Shown: one piece after another, positions 45,703 through 59,756 of the stretch
Layout: every line of letters starts with the position of its first letter
Position numbering within the stretch: position 1 is the first letter of the stretch
Source: Balamuthia mandrillaris
Lineage: Eukaryota
Length of the DNA stretch: 64,000 bases
Assembly: GCA_031835245.2 (NCBI GenBank)
Contig: JAVKOQ020000101.1
Location: 1-64,000 of the forward strand
Direction of reading: 5' to 3'
Translations under genes and position numbers: made by a program
The notes under the pieces: generated by a model
Databases searched by the model: none
The model's input: the letters and a program-made list of their open reading frames with translations, nothing else
Told to the model about the DNA's origin: nothing

Positions 45703-47313
45703 ATGAACAAACACCTGAGCCTTTGGCTCCTCCTCTTCACTTTCTCGGCTGTCCTCCCGCTCTCCTCCAGCCAACCTCTGGCGGACATCCTCTACCTCCA
45801 GAACAACGTCCCGGTGCTCTTCTCCTGGATCAATGCCATCGTCCCCACGCTCGTCACGCTGGAACCGCCTTACCTGCTGCGCACCACCGCCTACGTCACC
45901 ACCGCATGGTTCGACAGCTGGGCGCAGTACCAAAGCACCGCTCTGGGCTCCATCTCCGGGGCGGCCTATCGTCAACCCGCTTCGGAGAGAAACGATTCCA
46001 ACATCGAACAAGCCCTCAGCTATGCCACTTACTTTGTGGTTCTGGATCTGCTCCCCTCGACCGAGCCCGCCCTCACGGAGCTCATGGCCGACCTGGGCTT
46101 TCCGTTGAATGGCAGCGTGGAGGAGGATACCCCTCGATGGGTTGGAACTAGCGTGGCAGAGGACATCATCGACTTCATGCACCGAGATGGCATGAACCAG
46201 CTGGGAGACGTGCTCGGCAGTCGCCACCTGCAAAGGAGCTTCCAACACCATCAGAGGGCCTACCTGGACTACACTGCCTACCATCCCGTCAACACGTTTG
46301 ACCGCCTGAACAACCCGGATCGTTGGCAGCCGCTCATGACGCAGGACTCCCTCCACGTCTGGTTCGTGCAATCCCACATCGTGCCGCACATCCGCTATGC
46401 CGCTGGCTTCGGCTTCTCCTCAGCCGACCAAGAGCTCCAAGGAACGACCCTCTCCCCAGTTTCTTTCACCGAGGATGAAGAGCAGTACCGCGCCCAGGCC
46501 GAGGAGGTCATCGACAGGGTCTCCTCCCTGACGGACCGGCAGAAGGTCCTGGCGGAGTACTTTGAGAGCAAGGTCATGTCCTTGGCCTTTCCCTTCGTCC
46601 ACTTTGCGCGCGAGGACAGCTTTGACCTGTCCGAGTTCATCCAAGGCGACTTCTACCTGAACCAGGCCCTTTGGAACGCCGCCATTCTTGCCTGGAGAGA
46701 GAAGCTTCGCTTCGACGCCGTTCGCCCCGTCTCAGCCATCCGCTTCCTCCACGAGGACGATGATATAGAGGGCTGGGGCGGGCCCGGACGCGGCACCGTC
46801 TCCCTGAAAGGCCGCGAATGGAGGTCCTACCTGAAGACCATGCAGCACTCCGAGTTTCCCTCCGGCTCCAGCTGCTTCTGCTCCGCCTTCGTCGGCGCTC
46901 TGACCCGTCTGTTCGGAGAGGAGCGAGCCCAAAACTTCAACTACACCGTCGCCTTCCCGGCGGGCAGCTCCAACGTCGAGCCCGGCGTGACCCCGCAGGA
47001 GGACATCGTTCACAGCTGGAGCACCCTGGAGGACTACCTCGAGGAGTGCGGGCAGAGCAGGGTGAACGGCGGGGTGCACTTTCGCCCTTCGGTGGACGCT
47101 GCCTTTGAGATCTGCGACCAGGCGGCTGACCTCGCGTGGGGCAAGTACCAAAGCTATTTGGATGGAAGCGGCGAGGTGAGGGACCCCGAGGACCGTGATG
47201 TCTACGACGACGACGACCACGAAGAAGACGGCAGCGGCAGCAGCGACGACGGCGAAGATGGCGGCGAGAGCGGCTCCTCCTCTGCTTCTGCCCTTTCTTC
47301 CTTTTTCTATTGA
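45703..47313 (+). CDS. Secreted vanadium-haloperoxidase-like protein (PAP2 superfamily), intronless
   Basis: Signal peptide MNKHLSLWLLLFTFSAVLPLSSS. PAP2 motifs KLRFDAVRP, EFPSGS and SRVNGGVHF. Visibly GC-rich codons. Confidence 0.82.
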   Translation: MNKHLSLWLLLFTFSAVLPLSSSQPLADILYLQNNVPVLFSWINAIVPTLVTLEPPYLLRTTAYVTTAWFDSWAQYQSTALGSISGAAYRQPASERNDSNIEQALSYATYFVVLDLLPSTEPALTELMADLGFPLNGSVEEDTPRWVGTSVAEDIIDFMHRDGMNQLGDVLGSRHLQRSFQHHQRAYLDYTAYHPVNTFDRLNNPDRWQPLMTQDSLHVWFVQSHIVPHIRYAAGFGFSSADQELQGTTLSPVSFTEDEEQYRAQAEEVIDRVSSLTDRQKVLAEYFESKVMSLAFPFVHFAREDSFDLSEFIQGDFYLNQALWNAAILAWREKLRFDAVRPVSAIRFLHEDDDIEGWGGPGRGTVSLKGREWRSYLKTMQHSEFPSGSSCFCSAFVGALTRLFGEERAQNFNYTVAFPAGSSNVEPGVTPQEDIVHSWSTLEDYLEECGQSRVNGGVHFRPSVDAAFEICDQAADLAWGKYQSYLDGSGEVRDPEDRDVYDDDDHEEDGSGSSDDGEDGGESGSSSASALSSFFY

Positions 47314-47486
47314 TAATCGAAACTTTGTTAAATTTTTCTTGTTTATTTGTGATTTTTTCAAATATTAACAATATTTTGAAATATTCTTTCAATTATTTAT
47401 AATTTTTCTTCTCTCTTCTCTTCTCTTCTCTTCGTCATTCTCTTCACTTCTCTCTCCTCTCCTCTCCTCTTCTTCTCTTCCCTTTG

Positions 47487-47523
<37 letters not shown>

Positions 47524-47537
47524 TTCTCCCTCAACGG

Positions 47538-48966
47538 TTAGGAAGTATGGTACCAGTTGTTGACGAAGCTTTCCATCAATGGCCACATCTCCACCACCAG
47601 CAGCGTCGTCATGAAACGAATAGGATTGACGATGACTCTCCTGCCCAACGCCGGAAAGAGCGATTGCCATCCTTCACGCTCGACCAGCCAACGAAGACAG
47701 CCCTTCAAGTTGTTGGTGGAGTCGAGAAGACCAGCACGTATCCATTCTTGAGCCATTGGTTGAGCTTGCAGTTGGAGTCGAAGACGAGCCACGTCCAATG
47801 GAGAACATAGTACTGTCACCGTTATTCCTGTATTTTGGTATTTCAAGTGAGTTGTTGAAAGACAAAATAAGAAGAAGAAAGGAAAGGAGAAAAATAAGAA
47901 GAGAGGATCAAAATCGCGAGTGAGAGAGAGTCAGAAAGAAAAGTAGGCAACTGAGAATAAGCGGCGCTAAGCGAAAATAAGACAAACAAGGAGCAACAGA
48001 CCCGAAATGGCGCCAAGTAAAAGAACACGATAGAATAACCGACTGCGGAAGTAGTACATTTGTCCCAAAGTTCTATAAATACCAGCAAACAAGCCACCAA
48101 AGCAAGCACTCCAAAGCATGTGTGCCATCATTCCACCAGTCAGGCATGATAATACTCCTTTCCATCCTCCCTCTGTTATAGAGTTAAATAAAGGAAGAAG
48201 AGTCAAAAAAAAGAGAACCATCAGAGAGGAAAGGGGGAAGGAGAGAAAGAAGGAACAAAGCGAGGAAACGCGAGAAAGAGAGAAGACATCAACACCAAAA
48301 AAACACAAAACCTCCGGTGCGAACATTCCTCCAATTTGCAGGATTGAACAGGCCCTCAGAAGTTCCCCACACACGACACCGAAGATAAAGCACACTGAAC
48401 GGAGCAGTGACGAGTCCACCGAGAGTTCCGTTCACGCCACCAATGAACAGCTCCTTGCACAAGGTGCCAAACAGGCCGTAATACTTTGTGTCCAACTCGT
48501 CCTCCTCTGCCCAAGCGTCGTTCTCTTCCTCATCGTCATAGTACCACTCCTCTCCATCTTCTCCCACTTCGTAGTACCGTTCAGCTGCTCTTCTTTGTCG
48601 TTCTTCTTCTTCTTCTGCTTGTTCTTCCTGATCTTCTTCTCCTCTACTTTCATCAAGGTTGGAATTATTGTCGACATCGGGGTTCGCGTCAGCCGCAGCC
48701 GCAGCGGCACGGCGACGAAAGTAGTTGCGAAGAAAGTGGTCCGACTGAAGCTTCACAAAGACTTTGGAGAAGACGCTGCCAAAGACGAAAGGCACGTAGC
48801 CATGAAACCGTTCGGGGGAGAGCAGGGACAAGAGGGACGGCGGCTCGCGGTGAGGAGCAGCGGCAGGAAGCATGGAGAGTGTGGCGGCGGACTCGAAGGG
48901 GAACACCAAAGTCTCCGAAAAGAGGCAGGAGGTGAGCATCTGGGTGGTCGGCAGTCGATCCCCCAT
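47538..48966 (-). CDS. Divergent mitochondrial carrier (SLC25)-family protein with an acidic insertion, multi-exon
   Basis: Three carrier-like repeats: LVFPFES, LVTAPFSVLYLR...EGGWKG, and CSPLDVARLRLQ...LVEREGWQSLF. Confidence 0.7.
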
Positions 48967-49319
48967 TTTTTTTTTGTGCTTCTCTTTTTCTTTGCCGGTT
49001 GGTTTGGTTGTCCACAAAACGAGAAGAGTTTGTCATGAGAAGCCACGTCAGCTTTATTTTCCGAATTCCAAACATTCTTTTGATTAGCCATGCCTGAGGG
49101 GTAGGAATGTGTCGTTTCGATAACTTACCTTTTTAAGAATTTTAAAGCCAATAAATCGCAACCGAACAAAACTAAGGGAAAAGCTTGACCAAAACAGCAG
49201 TCCACCGCCACGTCCGTTTGACCGTTGCAAGCATTATATTCCACTCGATCCACTCAGGGCGACTTTTTTTTTAAAACAAAGCGTTCGCTTGTTGAAATCG
49301 ATCCAAAGAACTGCAAGGA

Positions 49320-50870
49320 ATGGGTTGTAGTGTCTCAACGCCAGCATCTGGTGCCTTGGTCGGCTCTGGTATGCGCCTGTCTTTCTTTGCCCTGTTTATT
49401 GTTAACTTGTTTGTTGTGAAAATAGAACGAATACGAACAGCACAAGATGAAGCCAAAGAAGATGGTTTCGAAGGAGCGGAAGCGGACTCGTTCGTAACAG
49501 CTTCTCTACAGCAAAGTAAAAACAAGGAAAATGAAAATGAAAAAGAAGGAACAAATATGGTAGGGGAAGAAGTAGACGCAGCAATATCGCAGAGAGAAGC
49601 GGAGGAACAAAGTAAACAAATAGAGGAGGAAGACGAAAGGAATCGCCTTGAAGACGAAGAAAGAAAACGCAAAGAGGACGAAGAACGCAAACGAAAGCGA
49701 AAAGAGAAAGAGGAAAGAAAACAAAAAGAGGAAGAAGAACAACAACGAAAGGTAGAAGAAAGAAAGCGAATGGAGGAAGAGGAAAGGAAACGAAAAGAGT
49801 TGGAAGAGGAGCGAAAGCGAAATCTAGAAGAAGAAGAAAGAAATCACAAAGCAGAAGAGGAAAGAAAGCGAAAGCAGGAGGAAAAAAGGATACGCCTTGA
49901 AGAGGAGGAGCAAAAGCGAAAGCTAGAAGAAGCAAGAAAACAAGTAGAGGAAAGAAAGCGAAAGGAGACGGAGGAAAAGATGCACCTGGAGGCAGAAAGA
50001 AAGAAACACGAAGAGGAAGAAAAGAAACAGCTTGAAGCAGAGGAAAGAAGGCGAAGAATAGAAAAAGAGGAAGAGGAGAAAACGCGGAAGGAAGCAGAGA
50101 AAAGAGAACGAAAAGAGGAAGAAAGAAAGCAAGAAGAGAAGAAGAAAATTCAGGTTGAAGAAGAGGAAAGAAAACTGAAAGAAGAAGAGAGAAAGCGCCT
50201 TGAAGAAGCGGAAAAGCAAAACAGACGAAACGAGAACGAGGAAAGAAAACGCGGGGAGGATGACGAAAGAAAACGAAAAGAGAGAGAACAGGAATTAGAA
50301 GAAAGTGAAGGTGAAGGCGAAGCTATCGAAGATGAAGGTGAAGGTGAAGGTGAAGGCGAAGGCGAAGCTGAGGAAGTGGAAGAAGACATAATGGTATCCA
50401 TAGAAGACGAGACCACCGAAACCACCACCCCGGACAAAGCACAACAAGAAGTCAACGCCGTCTCGTCAAAGAGCCGCAAGACAAACCCATTCTTCGCCAG
50501 AGGAGGTGGAGGCGAAGGAGGAAAGCCTCTTGTGAGAACGGTCTCCACCTTCGATGCAAAACGGAATATGGTGGAGAACGCGTTGCGCTTGGGCAGAAGC
50601 AAGAGCTTCATGTGGCCAAAGCAAGAGGAGGAGGAAGAGCCGGCAGATCGTCTGACAGCCAGGTTCTTGCGGGAGAGTCAAGAGGAGATTGAGTTGGTCG
50701 ATGCAGAGACTGCAAAATTAGAAGAAGAGATTCGGCGATTGGAAGAAGAAATGGAAGGCGACGATGAGGAGGATGAAGAAGATGACGAGGACGAAGATGA
50801 GGATGACGAGGATGCGGATGAGGATGAGGATGAGGATGGAGAAGAAGAGCGGTTGGAATCTGAAGAATAG
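49320..50870 (+). CDS. Highly charged (E/R/K) helical protein with an N-terminal MGC acylation motif
   Basis: MGCSVS start, a probable in-frame intron at about 49369-49425, a long ER/K tract and an acidic tail. Confidence 0.75.
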   Translation: MGCSVSTPASGALVGSGMRLSFFALFIVNLFVVKIERIRTAQDEAKEDGFEGAEADSFVTASLQQSKNKENENEKEGTNMVGEEVDAAISQREAEEQSKQIEEEDERNRLEDEERKRKEDEERKRKRKEKEERKQKEEEEQQRKVEERKRMEEEERKRKELEEERKRNLEEEERNHKAEEERKRKQEEKRIRLEEEEQKRKLEEARKQVEERKRKETEEKMHLEAERKKHEEEEKKQLEAEERRRRIEKEEEEKTRKEAEKRERKEEERKQEEKKKIQVEEEERKLKEEERKRLEEAEKQNRRNENEERKRGEDDERKRKEREQELEESEGEGEAIEDEGEGEGEGEGEAEEVEEDIMVSIEDETTETTTPDKAQQEVNAVSSKSRKTNPFFARGGGGEGGKPLVRTVSTFDAKRNMVENALRLGRSKSFMWPKQEEEEEPADRLTARFLRESQEEIELVDAETAKLEEEIRRLEEEMEGDDEEDEEDDEDEDEDDEDADEDEDEDGEEERLESEE

Positions 50871-51285
50871 TGAAAGCAAGGATAAACACATACTTCAAAA
50901 ATAAGTTATGAAAGAGAAAAAGTTAGAATGATAAATAAGTAAAGTAAGGTTTGCTTGTTTTTTCCTAAATACTATTCTCTTCCTTGTTCTTGTTGTACTT
51001 TTTATACATCTTCTGGGTGCTTTGTTCTCGTTCAAGTTCTGGGTCTTGTTCTTTCTTCCATTAGGTTGAAGGTATGTTTCTCTTTTTTGTTCTTGTTCCA
51101 CTTAAATTGTTTCTGTTTCTTTGGTTCTGCTCTCCTCTCCCCTCTTTCTTTCTGATCTCTCCTCAATCTATCATCTATCTTGAAAAAGCTTACAAAGGAA
51201 GCAGCATCTCTCTTTCAGTTCCTTCCAATAACAAACGAAACAAAGAAAAGAAATGAAAATGAAATACATACCATACCTCAGCATA

Positions 51286-54005
<2,720 letters not shown>

Positions 54006-54051
54006 TTTGCTCTTTCTTTTTTTTTTGGCCCCTCATTTTGGGCTGACTTTA

Positions 54052-54127
54052 TGTCGACATTTGTTATAACACGTCAGCTGCCGGAATATAATGTCGACGC
54101 ACTAAGTCGACATTATATTATGTCGAC
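54052..54127. promoter_or_regulatory. Cluster of four GTCGAC-core motifs in a divergent intergenic region
   Basis: Motifs at 54052, 54092, 54106 and 54121, between ATG 54005(-) and ATG 54359(+). Confidence 0.55.
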
Positions 54128-54358
54128 TAAAATAGATTAATTGAGCGTTTTGATTTTTGATTGGGTTATCAAAACAATTGAGATAATTGTGTGACTGAGC
54201 TCGGCTATGCGAAGAAAAAGGCGTCGTGGTCTTCTTCTTCTTCTTCGGTTTAGCGGACTTGAAGGAAAAGTTCACCCTTTTCCCGGTCTCTCTTGCTTTC
54301 CTCTTCCAACAGAAATCCTGTATTTAAAAACGAACACTACAGAGCTCAACCCGACGCC

Positions 54359-54579
54359 ATGGCGCTGTTCTCTCTTGCGATCGTGAGTATATGCGTCCTG
54401 TTCCTGTCGCAAGGTTTTTCGTTGCTCTCCGAGGCCTTGCTTCGGGTCATGATCGGCTTCAAAATCCCTCAGCAGTTCATGTCGGCCCTGTTCAAGGAGC
54501 TTTCCATCTTAGGCGTTATCTCTTTCTTCCTCTTTGCGCTTACTTACTCCAAAATACTTCCAGAGGTACTCTTCTTCTT

Positions 54580-54632
<53 letters not shown>

Positions 54633-56621
54633 AGCAAAACTGACTGTTGTTCTGCTCATTGGGTCAACCAGCACCTACAAGAGGGAGTGGAAATTGTTCA
54701 CATCACTCTGTTCGTTACCTCTCTGCTGTATATCTTTCTGGTTGGGTTCTTGTTGTTCCTTTCTGTCTTTTGGGTGCGCCGGTTCAAACTAATGGAGCAC
54801 AAAGTGATAACCGGTAACGTTTTTTTTTTGTTCTTCTTCTTCTGTTCTTTGTCGTATTCTTTTTTTTTAAAGAGAAGCACTGAAATGGTTTGTGAAAAAC
54901 AGGAGTGAAGGAAGAAAGAAAACGTACGTTTTGGAAACGGGTCAAAAAGTTTTTTTCCAGCAGGCGAGCTATTTCTCGTCCTATTTATACTGCTCTTCGA
55001 CGGTTCGTTCGTCTTGGTCTCTTCTGAATTCTTGTCCTTTGTCCTCGCCTCTCCATCTCATCTTCCCTGCTTCGCTTCCTCATTGTCTCTTCTGTTGTGC
55101 TTTCTTCTTTCTCTCTTGTGCTTATCTTTTGTTTTTTTTGGACAGCAAATGCATAGAAACGCATGGTCTATCACCCGACTTCAACTACTATCGGTACATT
55201 CGGGAGTCTCTGCAACGGGTCGTGCTGGCGACGATGGAAATAGACTATAAGATGTGGTTGCTGGTCATTATCTATGCTGCCATCGTCGATATTGAAGCTG
55301 TCTTTTGGTTTGTTTCCCATTATCTTTGTTTGTCTTTATGTCTCACTTTAAGCGTTTTGCTTGGGTTTGTTTGATGGTTACTACAGGCCGTTTAGAATAC
55401 ACACAAAGATAGTGAAACATAAAGAGTCTGAAGACGGAGACTTGATCTATGAGGAGCTTTTCATTGGACCTTTGTTGTTGGTGATTGCAGTGTTAGAGTG
55501 GGCTCTGGTGATTCTGTCCTTTCCTTTAGGAATTAAACTTCGCTGTATTATAAGGTCCTTATTGTCATTCTTGCTGTTCTTGTTCTTGTTCTTGTTCTTG
55601 TTCTTGTTCTTGTTCTTGTTCTTGTTCTTGTTCTTGTTCTTGTTCTTGTTCTTGTTCTTGTTCTTGTTCTTGTTCTTGTTCTTGTTCTTCTTCTTCTTCT
55701 TCTTGTTCTTCTTCTTCTTCTTGTTCTTCTTCTTCTTCTTCTTGTACTGCTGCTTCCTGTTCTCCTTTTCTCTTCTTCATTTATAGCCCTCTTTCAAGTT
55801 CTCATTGAACATAACAGGCAAACAATTAAGAAGGAGGTAACGCATGTGCTGCCCATAGAAGACCGCGCTTATGATAAGAAGCATGTGCACAATTCTTTTC
55901 TTTACAACTTCCAGCGATGTTGCTGTCCTTGTTGCCTTCCACACATCTCTGAGGTTTGGCTGTGCTGTTTCGTTTGTGCTGTTCTTGGACATTTTTGAGG
56001 AAGGCTAACCTAATGAACCTAACGAAACACAAGACTCAAAAGTTGTTTTGGTTCAAAAGCAAAGGCTTTACGAGAAGTATCATCCAGGTAATGGTTTTGC
56101 TTCAAGCGTTCAGTTTTGCAATCATCCTCATCAACGCACGCTACCTGGGAGAAGAAATATTGTTGCTGGTTCTCAGCCTAGTGCCCATTCCATACATTCT
56201 TTTCTTTGCTGTTCCTTCCCTGGTAAAACCAATTTCTCTTTCTTAGTTCTCATCTCTCTTTCGTTATCTTAGCTTGCTTCATTTCTGCAATTAGCTTCCT
56301 TTGTTCACCGTAGCTGCTTACTCTGGAGATAGTGCTGACAGACGACTGTTGCGACGCTTGCAAAAGAACAATGCTCATATTTCCCGTTGGCCTCAGGACG
56401 ACGGCGAAGACGACGCTAGCGAGCTGTCATTACTGCATGGTGTACAAGGATATGAGATAGAAGAACGCAAGCAAGCAGAAGAGGAAGAGGATGACGATGA
56501 TGAGGAAGGAGCCCCGCGCAAAGGCAGCCTACAGCATCTTTACTTGCCTGTTAACCACTCTCTGGAAGAGCCACTCCTCGGTGGCAGCAGGGACAAAAGT
56601 ACTTTATTTCGGTCGACATAA
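54359..56621 (+). CDS. MLO-family 7-TM protein, paralog 1, multi-exon
   Basis: KELSILGVISFFLF, EGVEIVHITLF, FNYYRYIRESLQ...MW and LFWFKS...VLLQAF match the MLO blocks ELMLLGFIS, LHIFIF, FDFHKYI and FWF. Confidence 0.8.
55577..55745 (+). repeat. (TTCTTG)n/(TTC)n intronic repeat
   Basis: Seen directly. Confidence 0.9.
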
Positions 56622-56834
56622 CTTTGGACCAACCAATAATCAAAGGAATAGTTATAAAGCACGAAACGACGCGCTCGTGTTTGCTTTTGCCAGTTGCAGC
56701 TGTCCTTATGAAAGTTCAACAACGTATTCTTGCCTCTTGTTTCTTTCTTGAAGAAACACAAGCACAAAGTCTAACTGGCTGCTCGCAGACAACACTCAAA
56801 ATCGAAGCTTAGGATAAAACCAGTGTCCAGAAGA

Positions 56835-57475
56835 ATGGCGATCTTCTCTCTTGCGCTCGTCATCGTTTGCGTCTTGTTCATATCGCAAGGCTATATTTTG
56901 CTCTCCAAGCTGTTGCTGCGGATCATGGCACGCTTCAAGATTCCTCCGCAGTTCATGTCGGCCATGTTCAAGGAGCTGTCGATATTGGGCATTGTCTCCT
57001 TCTTCCTCTTTTCGCTGACGTACTCCAAAGTCCTTCCAAAGGTGCTCTTTTCTATCTTTTGGTCTCTTTCTTGCCGCAAAATCAACAACTGACCTTGAGG
57101 TCCTGTTCATGGCTTAAACAGCACTTGCAAGAAGGCGTGGAAGTTGTTCATATCACGCTGTTTGTTTCCTCTTTGTTATATATCATTCTGGTTGGGTTCT
57201 TGCTTGTCCTCTCTGTCGTTTGGGTGCGAAGGTTCAAAGTAATGGAGAACAAGATCAAGAATGGTTCGTGATAATTGTTTACCTTCTTCTGCTTCTTCTC
57301 TTTGTTTACTTTTTTTTTTTGCCCTCTCACCGGTTCTTGCCAAACAGGAATAAAGGAAGAACGAAAAAAAACGAGTTGGAAACGGTTCAAAAAGTTTTGT
57401 TCAAGCAAGCGAGCTATCTCCCGGCGCATATATACAGCGCTTAGGCGGTGAGTTCAGTCTTCTTCACTCACTCAC

Positions 57476-57523
<48 letters not shown>

Positions 57524-58008
57524 TGACTCTTTCTTCCTCCGATCTTTGAGGGAGAGTTAAATGTCATTCCTCCACCCAAAAGGAAATGCATCGAAACGCA
57601 CGGACTGACTCCTGATTTTAACTACTATCGGTACATTCGAGAGTCTCTGCAACGAGTCGTGCTGGCGACGATAGAAATAGACTATAAGATGTGGATTCTT
57701 GTCATCATCTATGCTGCCATTGTCGATGTTGAAGCCGTCTTTTGGTTTACTATCCACTTTTCTTGTTGCTTTCTTTTTCTTTTTTATTTATCGCAACTAA
57801 AAGAACTGGTTTGTATGACAGGCCTTTTAGCCCTGGCCACAAGGCGGATGATAAACCCTCTGAAAACGGAGACGAGCTCTTTGAAGAACTGTTTATGGGT
57901 CCTTTGCTGTCAGTAATAGCGGGATTGGAGTGGGCATTAGTCGTAGTTTCAGTTCCTTTGACTATTAAACTTCGCTGGATTGTCAGGTTGCTCTCGATCT
58001 CTGCTCCC

Positions 58009-58054
<46 letters not shown>

Positions 58055-58847
58055 TTCTTGACTCTTTTCACTCTCTCTTCCTCTCGGATGTGGCCTTCTC
58101 AGTGTTGCTTATTTTTAAAATAATAAAACAGGAAACTGGTAAAGAAAGAAGTATCGCAAGTAATGCCAATTGAAGATCGGTCTTATGACAAAAAAAAGTC
58201 GTGCAACTCTATAGTGTATAACTTTCGCCGATGCTGTTGCCCTTGCTGCCTTCCACATATCTCTGAGGTCCTCACCTTTGCTTTTTTTCTGCTAAAAGCT
58301 GCTTTGTTTAACCCCGCCATGCTATCCCTATTACACCCAGACTCAGAAGCTGTTCTGGTTCAAAAGCAAAGGATTTGTTTTGAGTATTCTTCAGTTGATG
58401 ATTCTGGTACAATCCTTCAGCATTGCCACTATTCTCATCAACGTACGACACTTGGGGGGCGAAGTATTGTTCTTGGTCCTGGGCTTGATGCCGATCCCAT
58501 TTCTCCTCTTTGTGGTGGTCCCAAGAATGGTACCTATCAAAACGAGCAATAGATTTTCTCCTTGTGACTTGCCTAACATTCGTGAACAGCTCCCGTTGTT
58601 TACCTTTGCTGCTTATTCCACTGACAGCGCAGATAGAAGACTCTTGCGACGACTGCAAAGGCACAACCTTGCATCCAGCTTTTTTCCAGCCAACCAGAGC
58701 GAGATGAGTAGCAGCAGGAGCCTCCTTCTGGAGAGACACCAAGAAGAGGATCACGAAGGAACCGAGTGCGGTGACGAGCTGGAACATCTCTACTTGCCTG
58801 TTCACTCCAATTCTCTCGAAGAGCCGCTCCTCCCCAAAGAGCCTTGA
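56835..58847 (+). CDS. MLO-family 7-TM protein, paralog 2 (tandem duplicate)
   Basis: Same motifs and similar exon structure as 54359..56621. Ends SLEEPLLPKEP*. Confidence 0.8.
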
Positions 58848-58859
58848 TACCATTACAAA

Positions 58860-58885
58860 TGATTCTCATTTCGAAATGAGAATCA
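58860..58885. repeat. Perfect 26-bp palindrome
   Basis: tgattctcatttcgaaatgagaatca is its own reverse complement. Confidence 0.95.
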
Positions 58886-58892
58886 AAAAAAG

Positions 58893-58971
58893 TAACAATG
58901 GCAGGATTCGAACCTGCGTCCGCCATCAATTCTAATAGGCTATTATGACCAATGCTCGACACCCTATTACC
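58893..58971 (-). pseudogene. Degenerate tRNA-like element (pseudo-tRNA or tRNA-derived Pol III unit)
   Basis: Perfect T-arm GCAGG-TTCGAAT-CCTGC, A-box-like GTCGAGCATTGG and a T7 run just downstream. The acceptor and anticodon stems pair poorly. Confidence 0.5.
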
Positions 58972-59136
58972 TGCTACTAGAACTTTTGCTATTTGTCGAT
59001 TTTATTGTGAAAGTAACAAAATATTAGATATTCTGTCGACAAAAAACCACACACCAAAGAAAAAATAAATTATTATTGAGCAAAGCATTAAAAACACCAA
59101 AAGACGACTCATACGACGACGTATTGCTACTTGCAA

Positions 59137-59704
59137 ATGTGGTGGTGGGTTGCCTTGGCTGCGCTTGTGGTGCTATTCCCGCTTTACAAGAGGGTACGTG
59201 CGTTAGTTAACATGCATGTGTAGTGTTGTTGGGCAAGCACCCCTCACTTGCATTGCTCCTCCTCCACACTAAAAACCAAAACTTTGTGCAGTGGGTGAGA
59301 GGAGGGGTATGCAGAGCGAAAGCCGATTTGACGGACAAGGTGGTCATTGTCACTGGGGCGAACACTGGCATCGGATTCGAGACGGCCAAGGCGTTGGCTG
59401 GCATGGGTGCTCACGTCATCTTGGCCTGCCGTAACGAGAAGCTTGGAGAGGCGGCAGTGAAACGCATCGAAAAGGTAACGAAAAACCTCTTTTTTACCTC
59501 TTTGCCTCTTTTGATGCATTCACCAGTTGCTTTCGTTCTTACATTTGTTTCTTCTTTCTTCGTCCGCTTCATTCTTCTCTCCCTCTTTCATTTTGCATCT
59601 CTTCCCTCCCACTTCTTTCCACCTCACGCTCTACTCACTCTCGCACTTTTGCTCTCTTCTCTCTCTCTCTCTCTCTCTCTCACTCCCTCTCTATCTCTTC
59701 ACTT

Positions 59705-59756
<52 letters not shown>

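Noticed and set aside
47260..47313. GPI-anchor signal on the haloperoxidase-like protein
   Set aside because: The hydrophobic tail (ALSSFFY) is too short to support the call.
58893..58971. Functional tRNA gene
   Set aside because: The anticodon stem-loop and acceptor stem cannot be folded canonically, so it is kept only as tRNA-like.
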